A stretch of 64,000 bases of DNA from the NCBI GenBank assembly GCA_947471565.1, contig CANIVT010000001.1:132612-196611 (forward strand), given 5' to 3'. The position numbers were made by a program, and so were the translations under genes. This DNA is from Spartobacteria bacterium (lineage in GTDB: Bacteria; Verrucomicrobiota; Verrucomicrobiia; Chthoniobacterales; UBA6821). Below, in pieces: positions 36,155-45,610 of the stretch (its first letter is position 1; every line of letters starts with the position of its first letter). Under the pieces are notes generated by a model. That model was not told where the DNA came from, did not search any database, and saw nothing but the letters and a program-made list of their open reading frames with translations.

Positions 36155-37561
36155 TCAGTTATGTGAGGGATCCAGGCAAACGGTCTGGTCCGCATAGATT
36201 CCGGGCTTCACCACTAGTGGAGATTCCCCCGGATTTTCAAAGGTCACATCGCCCCGCACGACGACCCCTTTCTCGATCAGGACGGGTCCGTGGATCGTGA
36301 GTGAGCGGCACTCGATCAGGCTCGGGGTACCGAGTTGATCGAGATGATCAACAAGTTTGTATTCGCCAGAGAGGGAGATCTTGGGCGGGATCCCGTTTCT
36401 GGATGCAGCGAGCGAGACCTGTCCATCTTCTCTGATCTCGTAAGCATCTGAGCGCAGGGCCAGCAGGTCGGCTGTTGTTTTGACCGGGGCGAAGCGGTTG
36501 CGCGGCACCTCGATGGCGGTCGCGCCCTCAAAGCACTCGATGGCCGCTCCCATCGCTGTTTCCAATTGCAAGACGGGCCTGGAGTTCTTGTCACGCGGGT
36601 CGACGGTCTTGGTATTGCGGATCATGGGCAGCGGCAGGGCCCCGCCATTCTTATCGAGCTCCGATTTGAGTAGATCGAGGCGGATCCAGAGATTGTTGGT
36701 GTTAAAGTAGCGGTGAAGGTTGATGTCTTGGAAGGAACCAAGATCCTCCTCCGGGCATTGGGCCACCTCGCGCAGGAGCAACCTGCCGTCGGATCTCCGG
36801 ACGGCGAGATGACCGCCTTTGCTGTCGGAGGAGGTGCGCCGTGTGACTTCCATCATGAAGGGTGCGTCTGATGCCGCGAAATGGGCAAGAATCACTGGGT
36901 CAAGGATTGCCCCGAGATTGTCCGAATTGGAAACGAAGGCGTAGAGGATTCCTTCGGCAAGAAGGCGATCGAGCCAACCGCTTCCCGCGATCGCGGGATA
37001 GAGATCGCCGTGACCGGGCGGGCACCACTCGAGTTCCGGATCCGTGGGGCAGTCGGCTGGGGCCAGTGTCCCGGAATCGATTTTTGGGATGCGGTTCTGC
37101 ATGAGCTCGATCTCGGTCGGATCGGCAAGTCCCTCTGCACGGTATTTCGCGAGATATGCCATGGTGTCCTGACTCGTGCTGAAGCTGTTCATCAACAGGA
37201 GACGCACGGGACTTTGGCTCCTGCGCCGGAGTTCCAACGTTTGGCGAACGATGAGATCCAAGAAATTCAACCCGCCTGCCACGGTCAGAAGACTTTTTGG
37301 ACCTTGGAGCCCCATGCCCGTGCCCAGTCCCCCGTTGAGCTTGATCACCACGGTTCGGGAGAGCAGTGAGTGATCCGTCACGTCGGGTTTCGGGAGACTC
37401 TCCAGGGGAAGGATTTTCTCCGCCGGAGTGATCGCTGTTTCCGGGATCATGCCGGTTTCGTTCCTAAGGAGAGACTCGTAGTTCCTATGGAATGCTTTGA
37501 TGACGGGCTCGCCCATTCCGGCGGCTCTCATCTTGTTCTGGAAAAGGGAGAAATCAGTCAT
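36155..37561 (-). CDS. UDPGP-family UTP--glucose-1-phosphate uridylyltransferase (eukaryote-type fold)
   Basis: VIKLNGGLGTGMG signature. 468 aa, with a beta-helix-like C-terminus. Confidence 0.7.
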   Translation of the reverse strand: MTDFSLFQNKMRAAGMGEPVIKAFHRNYESLLRNETGMIPETAITPAEKILPLESLPKPDVTDHSLLSRTVVIKLNGGLGTGMGLQGPKSLLTVAGGLNFLDLIVRQTLELRRRSQSPVRLLLMNSFSTSQDTMAYLAKYRAEGLADPTEIELMQNRIPKIDSGTLAPADCPTDPELEWCPPGHGDLYPAIAGSGWLDRLLAEGILYAFVSNSDNLGAILDPVILAHFAASDAPFMMEVTRRTSSDSKGGHLAVRRSDGRLLLREVAQCPEEDLGSFQDINLHRYFNTNNLWIRLDLLKSELDKNGGALPLPMIRNTKTVDPRDKNSRPVLQLETAMGAAIECFEGATAIEVPRNRFAPVKTTADLLALRSDAYEIREDGQVSLAASRNGIPPKISLSGEYKLVDHLDQLGTPSLIECRSLTIHGPVLIEKGVVVRGDVTFENPGESPLVVKPGIYADQTVCLDPSHN

Positions 37562-37698
37562 GGGAGCGAGTCGAAATCCAAGGAATGCCGTGACAGACCG
37601 CTGCGGTCACGCCGAAAAGTCGGGAGAATCGCGTTGCCGTGAGGGATGGGCTTGGATACCCAAGAGGATTCCCTCTACTTTTCAACACACCACAAACC

Positions 37699-38457
37699 AT
37701 GAGCATCTCCACCAACCCCTTCCAGGATCAAGTAGCCATTGTCACCGGAGCCGGACGCGGCATCGGCGAGTCCATCGCCCGCCATCTCGTGGAGGCCGGG
37801 GCCAAGGTCGCTGTCGTGAGCCGTAGCGAGGCCAATTCCTCCAAGGTTGCCGCAGCCCTTGATGCGATCCGTCCGGGATCTGCCAAGGGTTATGCCGTTG
37901 ATGTCGCCGACTTTGACGCCGTCCAGAAAGTGGGCGAGCAGATCGTGGCCGACTTTGGCCGCGCCGACATCCTTGTCAACAATGCCGGTATCACGCGCGA
38001 CAATCTCCTCATGCGCATGTCCTCCGAGGAGTGGGATGCCGTCCTCGACACCAACCTGAAGGGCGCCTTCAACTTCATCCGTGCGATCCTTCGCACGATG
38101 ATCAAACAGCGCTCGGGGCGCATCATCAATATCAGCTCGGTCAGCGGCCTGATGGGGCTTGCCGGTCAGACCAACTACGCCGCCAGCAAGGCCGGCATGA
38201 TCGGGCTCACCAAGGCGCTCGCCAAGGAGGTTGCCAGTCGCGGCATCACGGTGAACGTCGTTGCACCTGGCTTTATCGAGACCGACATGACGGCCGTCCT
38301 CAACGAGGAGATCCGCAAAGGAGCCCTCTCCCAGATCCCGCTGGCACGATTCGGTCAACCCGAAGAAATCGCGGGCGCCGTTTCCTTCCTCTGCGGCCCA
38401 TCCGCCGGATACATCACAGGCCAGGTGCTTGCGGTCGACGGTGGCATGGCGATGTAG
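37699..38457 (+). CDS. fabG: 3-oxoacyl-ACP reductase
   Basis: VAIVTGAGRGIGESIA, NNAGITRD, YAASKAG and GYITGQVLAVDGGM. ATG at 37699. Confidence 0.85.
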   Translation: MSISTNPFQDQVAIVTGAGRGIGESIARHLVEAGAKVAVVSRSEANSSKVAAALDAIRPGSAKGYAVDVADFDAVQKVGEQIVADFGRADILVNNAGITRDNLLMRMSSEEWDAVLDTNLKGAFNFIRAILRTMIKQRSGRIINISSVSGLMGLAGQTNYAASKAGMIGLTKALAKEVASRGITVNVVAPGFIETDMTAVLNEEIRKGALSQIPLARFGQPEEIAGAVSFLCGPSAGYITGQVLAVDGGMAM

Positions 38458-38470
38458 AGCGGTGCAGCCG

Positions 38471-38580
38471 CAAGACTAAAGCAGTTTAGACTGAAGACTG
38501 AAGGAACATGCAGGAACGTAATCCGCTCCACTTTCTCTTTTCAGTACGAACAGCCTAATAGTCTTCAGCCTTCAGCCTAG
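38471..38580. repeat. inverted pair of CTGAAG/AGACT word arrays
   Basis: Left array: caagactaaagcagtttagactgaagactgaaggaac. Right array: cagcctaatagtcttcagccttcagcctag. Related strings occur at 7108-7131 and 28988-29020. Confidence 0.65.
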
Positions 38581-38586
38581 ATTTCC

Positions 38587-39057
38587 ATGCTCCTCTACCT
38601 CCTTCGACATGCCGAGGCGGAGCCTCATCGCGATGATGATTTCTCACGCCGCTTGACCGAGAAGGGATACAAACAGGCACGCCAGGTGGGCTGCATCATG
38701 AAGGAGCAGTGCCTGAGGCCCGATCTCATCCTCTCCAGTCCCGTCATTCGTGCACGTGATACGGCTGGAATCGTTGCCAAGCTTTTGGGGAAAATTGATG
38801 TAACCCAAGTACCTTGGGCCGCCTGCGGCATGCATCCCGAAAGGGCGCTTGATGAGCTTGCTTCCTACAGCAAGTTCAAGAGTATCCTTCTTGTCGGTCA
38901 TGAGCCTGATTTTAGCACTCTGATCGCCTCCTTGATCGGTCTGATGCGGAGTCCCTCCATTCAAGTGGGAAAGGCTTCCTTGATCGGCATCAACCTTCCT
39001 CGCCTTCAGGTTGGATCGGGAATTCTCGAGTTTATCCTGCCCGTGAAGTTTCTCTGA
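38587..39057 (+). CDS. sixA: phosphohistidine phosphatase SixA
   Basis: MLLYLLRHAEAE (RHG/RHA motif), LVGHEP, 156 aa. Confidence 0.75.
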   Translation: MLLYLLRHAEAEPHRDDDFSRRLTEKGYKQARQVGCIMKEQCLRPDLILSSPVIRARDTAGIVAKLLGKIDVTQVPWAACGMHPERALDELASYSKFKSILLVGHEPDFSTLIASLIGLMRSPSIQVGKASLIGINLPRLQVGSGILEFILPVKFL

Positions 39058-39075
39058 AAACAATCCTTAGACCCG

Positions 39076-40281
39076 ATGAAAACCCTTCTTCTCACGAACG
39101 AGTACCCACCCCATATCTACGGCGGTGCCGGCGTCCATGTCGACTACCTGAGCCGTGAATTGGCCAAACTCATGGAGGTCGAGGTGCGCTGCTTCGGTGA
39201 GCAGAAGGAGGATTTGGCCAATCTTATCGTCCGAGGTTTTGGGACAGGATCTCCTGCCATGGAATGCCCCAAGACACTGCAAAGTCCTCTCGGAGCTTCA
39301 CGCCGATGCGTCGATTTTAACGGGGCTGGAATCAACGCCGATCTGGTGCACTGTCACACCTGGTACACCCACCTCGGCGGGATCATGGCCAAGCTGAACT
39401 ACGGGATCCCGCTTGTGATCACGGTTCATTCGCTCGAACCCCTCCGTCCCTGGAAACGCGAGCAGCTCGGAGGAGGCTATGATTTCAGCCTCTGGGTGGA
39501 GAAGACGGCCCTTGAGTTGGCCGATGCCGTTATCGCCGTCTCCGAAGAGACCAAACGCGACATCCTTTCTCTTTTCAACATCCGTGAGGAACGGATCAGC
39601 GTGATCCACAACGGCATTGATCTCGGAGAATACAAGTCGACCCGTGATGACGAGTCTTTACGTGCTCTTGGGGTCGATCCGAAACGCCCCTACATTCTCT
39701 TCGTCGGCCGCATCACGCGGCAGAAGGGGATCATCCATCTGGTCAGGTCGATCAGGTATCTGAATCCCGGCTTTCAGGTCGTGCTCTGCGCTGGGGCCCC
39801 TGACACTCCCGAGATTGCCGCCGAGATGCAGCAGGCGATTGCTGCTGCCCGCGAGTATCACGGGGAGATCATCTGGATCGAGAAAATGGTCAGCCGCCCG
39901 GAGGCGATCGCTCTCTACTCAGGCGCTGGTGTCTTTGTCTGCCCCTCGATCTATGAACCCTTCGGCATCATCAATCTCGAGGCCATGGCCTGCGGCACCC
40001 CTGTGGTGGCCAGTGCCGTCGGCGGCATCAAGGAAGTCGTGGTGGATGGGGAGACCGGCTATCTGGTTCCGCTCCAGCAGATGACCGAAAGTCCCTTTGA
40101 GGCAACGGAACCCGAAGTCTTCGCCGCTGATCTTGCGGCCAAGGTCAACCTGCTGATGGCCGACCCTGAACTTGCTGCCAGAATGGGTGCTGCTGGACGC
40201 CGTCGCGCGGAGGAACTCTTCGGCTGGGATGCGATTGCCAGGAAAACGGAGCGACTTTACCGGAATCTTCTGAAATCCTGA
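39076..40281 (+). CDS. GT4-family glycosyltransferase, glycogen-synthase-like (actinobacterial GlgA type)
   Basis: LTNEYPPHIYGGAGVHVDYLSREL, C-terminal E-x7-E region (PSIYEPFGIINLEAMACGTPVVAS). Confidence 0.65.
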   Translation: MKTLLLTNEYPPHIYGGAGVHVDYLSRELAKLMEVEVRCFGEQKEDLANLIVRGFGTGSPAMECPKTLQSPLGASRRCVDFNGAGINADLVHCHTWYTHLGGIMAKLNYGIPLVITVHSLEPLRPWKREQLGGGYDFSLWVEKTALELADAVIAVSEETKRDILSLFNIREERISVIHNGIDLGEYKSTRDDESLRALGVDPKRPYILFVGRITRQKGIIHLVRSIRYLNPGFQVVLCAGAPDTPEIAAEMQQAIAAAREYHGEIIWIEKMVSRPEAIALYSGAGVFVCPSIYEPFGIINLEAMACGTPVVASAVGGIKEVVVDGETGYLVPLQQMTESPFEATEPEVFAADLAAKVNLLMADPELAARMGAAGRRRAEELFGWDAIARKTERLYRNLLKS

Positions 40282-40285
40282 CCGC

Positions 40286-41452
40286 ATGTTCGTCGATCGC
40301 GTCAGGATTCATGCCAAGGCAGGTGACGGAGGGGATGGCTCCGCCAGCTTCCGCCGTGAGAAGTTCATTCCCAAGGGCGGACCTGATGGCGGTGATGGAG
40401 GCGATGGCGGTGATGTCATCCTCCGTGCAGACACGCACACCGACCAACTCGCCAATCTTTTCTTCGAGCCGATTCTGAAGGCCAAGCCGGGCGGTCGCGG
40501 ATCCTTCCGGCAGCGCCACGGCAAGTCAGCCCCTGATCTGGTCATCCCCGTCCCGATCGGGACGCTTATCTATCGTTTTCCCGAACCCGAGCCGCTTGAT
40601 CCTTTTGCCGAACCGACCGAGGAGGAGCCTTCCGAACAACCACGCAAGAAGGGAAAACTGCCCGATCCGAAGGCTGAGGATCTTGTTGCCGACCTGGACG
40701 AACTTGGAAAAGAGTTCATCATCTGCCACGGAGGGAAGGGTGGGCTTGGAAACATTCACTTCAAGAGTTCCCGCAACCGTGCTCCACGACGTTTCACCGA
40801 GGGGACTCCCGGCGAGGAGGGATGGTTCCTTCTGGAGATGCGCTCCATTGCCTTCGCGGGACTGGTCGGTTACCCCAATGCGGGTAAGTCAACACTCCTG
40901 AGGGCCATCTCGCGCGCCCATCCGAAGGTCGGTTCCTACGCCTTCACGACCCGCCATCCCCAGGTCGGGGTGGTTGATCTCGAGGATTACAAAAAGACCA
41001 CGGTTGCCGATATCCCCGGACTGATCGAGGGTGCTCACGAGAACCGCGGACTCGGACACCAGTTCCTGCGGCACGTCATGCGTTGCGCCTACCTGCTTAT
41101 GGTCCTCGATATGGGAGGGACGGAGGCGCGTGATCCTCTCGATGATCTCAAGGCGCTCCGCAAGGAGTTGGAACTCTATAATCCCGAACTTGCCGCACGC
41201 CCCTGGTGCATCGTCGCCAACAAAATGGACATGCCCGAGGCCGCCGCGAATCTCAAGCGCTGCAAGCGCAAGCACAAGGGGATCACCATCGTTCCGGTTT
41301 GTGCCGAATTGGGTGAGGGGATCCCTGAGTTAAAGGCCTTCCTGCAGGAAAAAGTGGAGGAACAGGAAGCCGAGACAGTTGCTGCCAAAAAAGCACTGAC
41401 AACGCAGTCGGGTAACGGGGAAACCACGACGGTTGACGGGTTCACTTACTGA
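40286..41452 (+). CDS. obg: GTPase Obg/CgtA
   Basis: MFVDRVRIHAKAGDGGDGSASFRREKFIPKGGPDGGDGGDGGDV. G1 motif GYPNAGKST, DIPGLIEGA and NKMD. Carries an acidic/Pro-rich insertion. Confidence 0.9.
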   Translation: MFVDRVRIHAKAGDGGDGSASFRREKFIPKGGPDGGDGGDGGDVILRADTHTDQLANLFFEPILKAKPGGRGSFRQRHGKSAPDLVIPVPIGTLIYRFPEPEPLDPFAEPTEEEPSEQPRKKGKLPDPKAEDLVADLDELGKEFIICHGGKGGLGNIHFKSSRNRAPRRFTEGTPGEEGWFLLEMRSIAFAGLVGYPNAGKSTLLRAISRAHPKVGSYAFTTRHPQVGVVDLEDYKKTTVADIPGLIEGAHENRGLGHQFLRHVMRCAYLLMVLDMGGTEARDPLDDLKALRKELELYNPELAARPWCIVANKMDMPEAAANLKRCKRKHKGITIVPVCAELGEGIPELKAFLQEKVEEQEAETVAAKKALTTQSGNGETTTVDGFTY

Positions 41453-41467
41453 ACAGTTCCCGTCATC

Positions 41468-41541
41468 TCGGGCCGGCGGGATTCGAACCCGCGGCCTCCT
41501 CGTCCCGAACGAGGCGCTCTACCAAGCTGAGCCACGGCCCG
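41468..41541 (-). tRNA. tRNA-Pro (anticodon CGG)
   Basis: The reverse complement folds as a cloverleaf. Acceptor stem: CGGGCCG/CGGCCCG. D arm: GCTC-AGCTTGGTA-GAGC. Anticodon arm: CCTCG-TTCGGGA-CGAGG. T arm: GCGGG-TTCGAAT-CCCGC. Discriminator: A. No encoded CCA. Confidence 0.9.
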
Positions 41542-41669
41542 ATGGATGGGTTGTGCCGGTACTAAAACCAGCTAATTTTTTTATTTGAATAAGAAAAGAT
41601 CCTCTTTGCAAGAAGAATTACCGAAAAATCTGACAGAAATCTAAATATAAAGATTATATTAAATTCAAT

Positions 41670-42578
41670 TTATTTTCGAGAGCAGAAAATGTTTGTATAA
41701 GCCTTGCCTTGGTATGTCTTAATTAAAAACTGATTATCAGATAAATCAACAATCTTTCCCTGTAAACTAATGTAGGATATATTGAATCCTAGTTTATTCA
41801 GTTTATTTAGGAATTCAAGAGGGTCGGTACCTGCAGCACGCAGTCCCTCAGGCCAGAATTCAATCATCAGGGTTATTAGCGGTTTTTTCTTCAGGATTTC
41901 CATACACCCTTCAACGACGTCTGCTTCGAATCCCTGCACATCAATTTTAATGAGATCAGGAAGGGGGAGGTTCATTTCATGAAACAAGCTATCCAGCGTG
42001 ACACAACGAACCGTTATTGAATCCCAGTTCTTGGGGTTATCAACCTGATGATGATCCGCCAATCTATTGTCTCCGCAATTGCTGCTGGACACATGAAAGG
42101 TGGAATAGCCATTTCTAGCGGAGGCTGCTAATTGGAAAAGATGATATAGAGGACCAGGATTTGCCTGGGTTGTCTTTACAAGCAAAACCTGATTTTTAGG
42201 TTCAGGTTCTAAGGCAATAATTGTTCCTTGCTGACCAACCAAAGAAGAAGCTATTGCGCTAAAGTAGCCTATATTCGCACCAACATCTAGAAATGTCATT
42301 CCTGGCTTAAGCAGTTTTTTGAAAATAATCGTTTCTGGAACTTCAAAAAGTCCTAGTAAAAGGAGTGTATTTAGCACTGCATCGTTCCGGTTTAGATAAA
42401 TATAAACGTTCTCAATGGACAATCTGTGAGGTGATAAAAATCTTATGATACCGTAGGTAATATTTTCAATTAGAGGACTTCGTAGAATAAGATTGTAAAA
42501 AAATTCAGCAAAACGCAAAGCCTTGGTTCGGATTGTTATTCCAAATGAGTTTCTAATATTCAGCTCCTGAGTTAGCAT
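41670..42578 (-). CDS. FkbM-family methyltransferase (AT-rich gene)
   Basis: FLDVGANIGYFS and the C-terminal half (DLIKIDVQGFE) are typical of FkbM. The gene is visibly AT-rich compared with its neighbours. Confidence 0.7.
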   Translation of the reverse strand: MLTQELNIRNSFGITIRTKALRFAEFFYNLILRSPLIENITYGIIRFLSPHRLSIENVYIYLNRNDAVLNTLLLLGLFEVPETIIFKKLLKPGMTFLDVGANIGYFSAIASSLVGQQGTIIALEPEPKNQVLLVKTTQANPGPLYHLFQLAASARNGYSTFHVSSSNCGDNRLADHHQVDNPKNWDSITVRCVTLDSLFHEMNLPLPDLIKIDVQGFEADVVEGCMEILKKKPLITLMIEFWPEGLRAAGTDPLEFLNKLNKLGFNISYISLQGKIVDLSDNQFLIKTYQGKAYTNIFCSRK

Positions 42579-42622
42579 GGGTTAAATCAATAAATAGATT
42601 AATACTTAATAAAATCTCTTAA

Positions 42623-45610
42623 CTATCTCTTTTTTAGCGAGGATTTTTTAGGGGCCTGCTGCTTGGAAACGGCATCCTGGATTGATTTCATCAGGCCCTG
42701 TTCTAGCGGATTGGCCGAGGGACTTTCAGAGGGTTGCTCCCCTTTGACCGCCTGCTGGAATCCCGGATCTTGGGCAACCTGCTGAAAGAGTTGCTCTCGA
42801 CCGATCTGCTGGAGCGCTCCATTGCCCCCCAATCGGACCGCGCGGGCCAGATTGGTGAAGCATTCTTGGCGATGACCGGCAAGAAGCTCGTACTTGGCGA
42901 TCGTGAAGGGAACGTCCCATTGGTCGGGTTGGGCCTTCTCGAGTGCCTTGGCTACTTCCAAGGCCTGGGGAATGCGTCCCTGGGTGGCATAGAAGTTGAT
43001 CATGTCACGCAGGAAGGGAGCGTCGTTCGGGGTCACGGCGATCGCGTTTGAGATGAGCGTGTCTGCATCCGGGACCCTTCCGAGGATCATCAGACTCTGC
43101 AGGACCGCAGCCAGTGCCTGCCTGTTGGTCGGCGAACTCTGAAGTGCAACCTGTTGGGAGGGGAGTTGTTCCGCCGCCTTCATGCGTGCCTCGGTCGCCG
43201 CAACAAGGCGCTGGAGCACCTTGCTGTTGGGATCGAGAGGGAGGTATCCGACAACCAGGTCGTGCGCATCCTTGAATCGTCCCTGACGGGTGTAGAGGTT
43301 CACGAGGTTGCTCGTGGTCTCCGTGTTGCCCGGCCAGAGATAGAGCGCCTGTTTGTAGGCTTTCTCCGCCGCATCGTTCATATTTCGGAAGGCATAGATG
43401 TTGCCTCCCGTATTGCGGAGTTTCGCGAAGGAGTGCTGGGCCAGATCGTCGTGTCGCAAGCCGGGCACCGCCTCGAGTTTTTTAATGTAGTCATCCCACC
43501 AGGCGATGTCTTTCTCTGCCGTTCCGGGTGGCAGGGCGTCGAGCTTGTCGTGGTTGATCTCGTAGCAGAGGCCGTGAGGGATGGCGTAGGGATAGGACCA
43601 CTGCATCGGGAAGCTTTCCTCGACATAGAAATGCCGCGGTGTTCCATCCTTCTTGTCCCTGTTTCGAAGGAAGATCCATTCCGCCACGGCGGAGTTCAGA
43701 GCGACGGGGTCGCTCTGCGGATTGGGCATGGCCGAGGGATTGGCCTGATACTGACGCATGAGGACCTCGAAGAGGGACATGATGTCTTCCCGGTGAGGGA
43801 GCGTGAGTCGCTCCTCGGGATAGGTTTTGTCGCGACCGAGGAGTTTTTCATACCATGAGAACGTGGTCGGTCTCTCCGAAGTGTAATGGGAGCGGATGTA
43901 TCTGTTGTAGAAGGTGTCGGCGAGAGCGTTCTGGGTCACGATGTAGAGATCGCGACGATCGAACTTCGGATCTCGCTTCGAGTTCTCGAAGCTTTCGCCA
44001 AAGACCATGTAGGTGGGAACGAAACGTCCAGGATCCGTGCCTCCGAAAACAAAGCTGTCCTTTTCGACATCGGCCAGCATGTCGTGTCCGTACATCCACC
44101 CGAACCAATGGCCACGCTGGGAACTGTTCGGCAATGAAATGACGAATGTATATATTGCGGTTGTTATTGCCAAAGCAGGCACCCCCCATTGGCTAAAGCG
44201 TTTCCAAGACTGAATTTGAGAAATCAGTACAGATGCCCCTAGGCCAGCCGTGAGGCAAAAAAAGCCGTAGCAAAGACCCTGCCACGGTTTCTGTGAGCTC
44301 CATCCAGCATTATCATAACCAAGCGGGAATGAAATTGGTTGCAAGAAAGCTGTGAGCAAAAATCCAATGACCAGAAGGTAAAACCAAATTCTTTGTTCAC
44401 GCGAAAGGCGCCAGAACAGAAGAAAGCCAGCAAGCACTGCCAACATTGGCAAAGGAGAAATATTTTGGGCAAGCACTCCCCAAAACACCTTGCAGAAACC
44501 TTTGAAAGACTGGAGTGTTGTCTCCTCGTCGGGAGATTTGGGGCCCTTTTGTTTTTCGGTCGGAGGCATTCCAACAATCCTGCCAATGCAAGCCTGAAGT
44601 TGGTCAACAAGAGTGCCTCCGTATTGGGATCTATTGATGGCGTAAAAGAACCCCTCTCTGGTGCTGGTGTAACTCCAATTCATCGGGGGGTTCGTTGATG
44701 AAGCCAGTGGCATGTAAAGATAGGGTAATAACCCGACCATCACGGCAACGGGTATTAGTAAACCTCGACGCCACTCTGTAAGTCTTCGGCGAATCAAGAC
44801 CAACAATAGAAAACCCGTCCATGCAATGTAAAATAATCTTAAAGATGTCTTCCAAACATCTGGGATCTGCGAGAGCACCGCAAATCCCATGTAAAGAATA
44901 CTGGCTACAATCAGGCTATAGACCGTGTATTCCCAAAACAGATCAGCATGGAGTAGAAGAATGACAAGCAATGGCAGCAGAGCCATTGCCAATGTCATAT
45001 GGTGATTGCTCATTCCGATTGAAAAAATGAACACAACCCATACAAAAGCATTTTTCCAATGGGGGCGTCTTATCCAGATGTAGCAAATCGAGATAAACAC
45101 CATCATGAGGCAGACATGGAGGGCGTAGAGACCTTTTCCGATTACTGCCTGAGACCAAACGGGAGTTGCCCAGATAAAAGTGAGCGTAATGGCTGCCGAG
45201 AGAATGGTCGCGGGCTTTTTTGCGACTCCGACCCAACGGGTCGCGCTCAGCGAGACGAGTGAGAAAAACCCTGCGGCGATGGCCGTGCAGAGACCTGAGA
45301 AGAGATTGATCTTCCAGGAGCCGTTGCCGAAGGGAAGAAGGTGACTCCAGAGCCCGGCCAGAATCGTCCAGAGCGGGTAGCCCGAGGGATGCATCACTCC
45401 GAAGTGCAGGGCCGCCGTCGCCATCTCCCCGTCGTCGTTCAGGCCGATATTCGGCATCACGGTCGACCAATAGGTGACCAAGGCGACAAGGAATGCGATC
45501 AGGGCATTCCAGCGCTCATAGGCGTCGAATACCCGGAAGGGATGGACCCGTTCCTCCTTTTCGAGGGCGGTCTCGGGGTTCTTGGCGAGGTCGGTGGTGG
45601 TGGAACTCAT
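42623..45610 (-). CDS. DUF2723-type GT-C membrane glycosyltransferase with C-terminal TPR repeats
   Basis: 995 aa. The N-terminal half is polytopic, with an early D-D-G-E loop (IGLNDDGEMATA) as in PMT/DUF2723 GT-C enzymes. The C-terminal part has TPR-like repeats (AEKAYKQALYLWPGN...). Confidence 0.65.
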   Translation of the reverse strand: MSSTTTDLAKNPETALEKEERVHPFRVFDAYERWNALIAFLVALVTYWSTVMPNIGLNDDGEMATAALHFGVMHPSGYPLWTILAGLWSHLLPFGNGSWKINLFSGLCTAIAAGFFSLVSLSATRWVGVAKKPATILSAAITLTFIWATPVWSQAVIGKGLYALHVCLMMVFISICYIWIRRPHWKNAFVWVVFIFSIGMSNHHMTLAMALLPLLVILLLHADLFWEYTVYSLIVASILYMGFAVLSQIPDVWKTSLRLFYIAWTGFLLLVLIRRRLTEWRRGLLIPVAVMVGLLPYLYMPLASSTNPPMNWSYTSTREGFFYAINRSQYGGTLVDQLQACIGRIVGMPPTEKQKGPKSPDEETTLQSFKGFCKVFWGVLAQNISPLPMLAVLAGFLLFWRLSREQRIWFYLLVIGFLLTAFLQPISFPLGYDNAGWSSQKPWQGLCYGFFCLTAGLGASVLISQIQSWKRFSQWGVPALAITTAIYTFVISLPNSSQRGHWFGWMYGHDMLADVEKDSFVFGGTDPGRFVPTYMVFGESFENSKRDPKFDRRDLYIVTQNALADTFYNRYIRSHYTSERPTTFSWYEKLLGRDKTYPEERLTLPHREDIMSLFEVLMRQYQANPSAMPNPQSDPVALNSAVAEWIFLRNRDKKDGTPRHFYVEESFPMQWSYPYAIPHGLCYEINHDKLDALPPGTAEKDIAWWDDYIKKLEAVPGLRHDDLAQHSFAKLRNTGGNIYAFRNMNDAAEKAYKQALYLWPGNTETTSNLVNLYTRQGRFKDAHDLVVGYLPLDPNSKVLQRLVAATEARMKAAEQLPSQQVALQSSPTNRQALAAVLQSLMILGRVPDADTLISNAIAVTPNDAPFLRDMINFYATQGRIPQALEVAKALEKAQPDQWDVPFTIAKYELLAGHRQECFTNLARAVRLGGNGALQQIGREQLFQQVAQDPGFQQAVKGEQPSESPSANPLEQGLMKSIQDAVSKQQAPKKSSLKKR

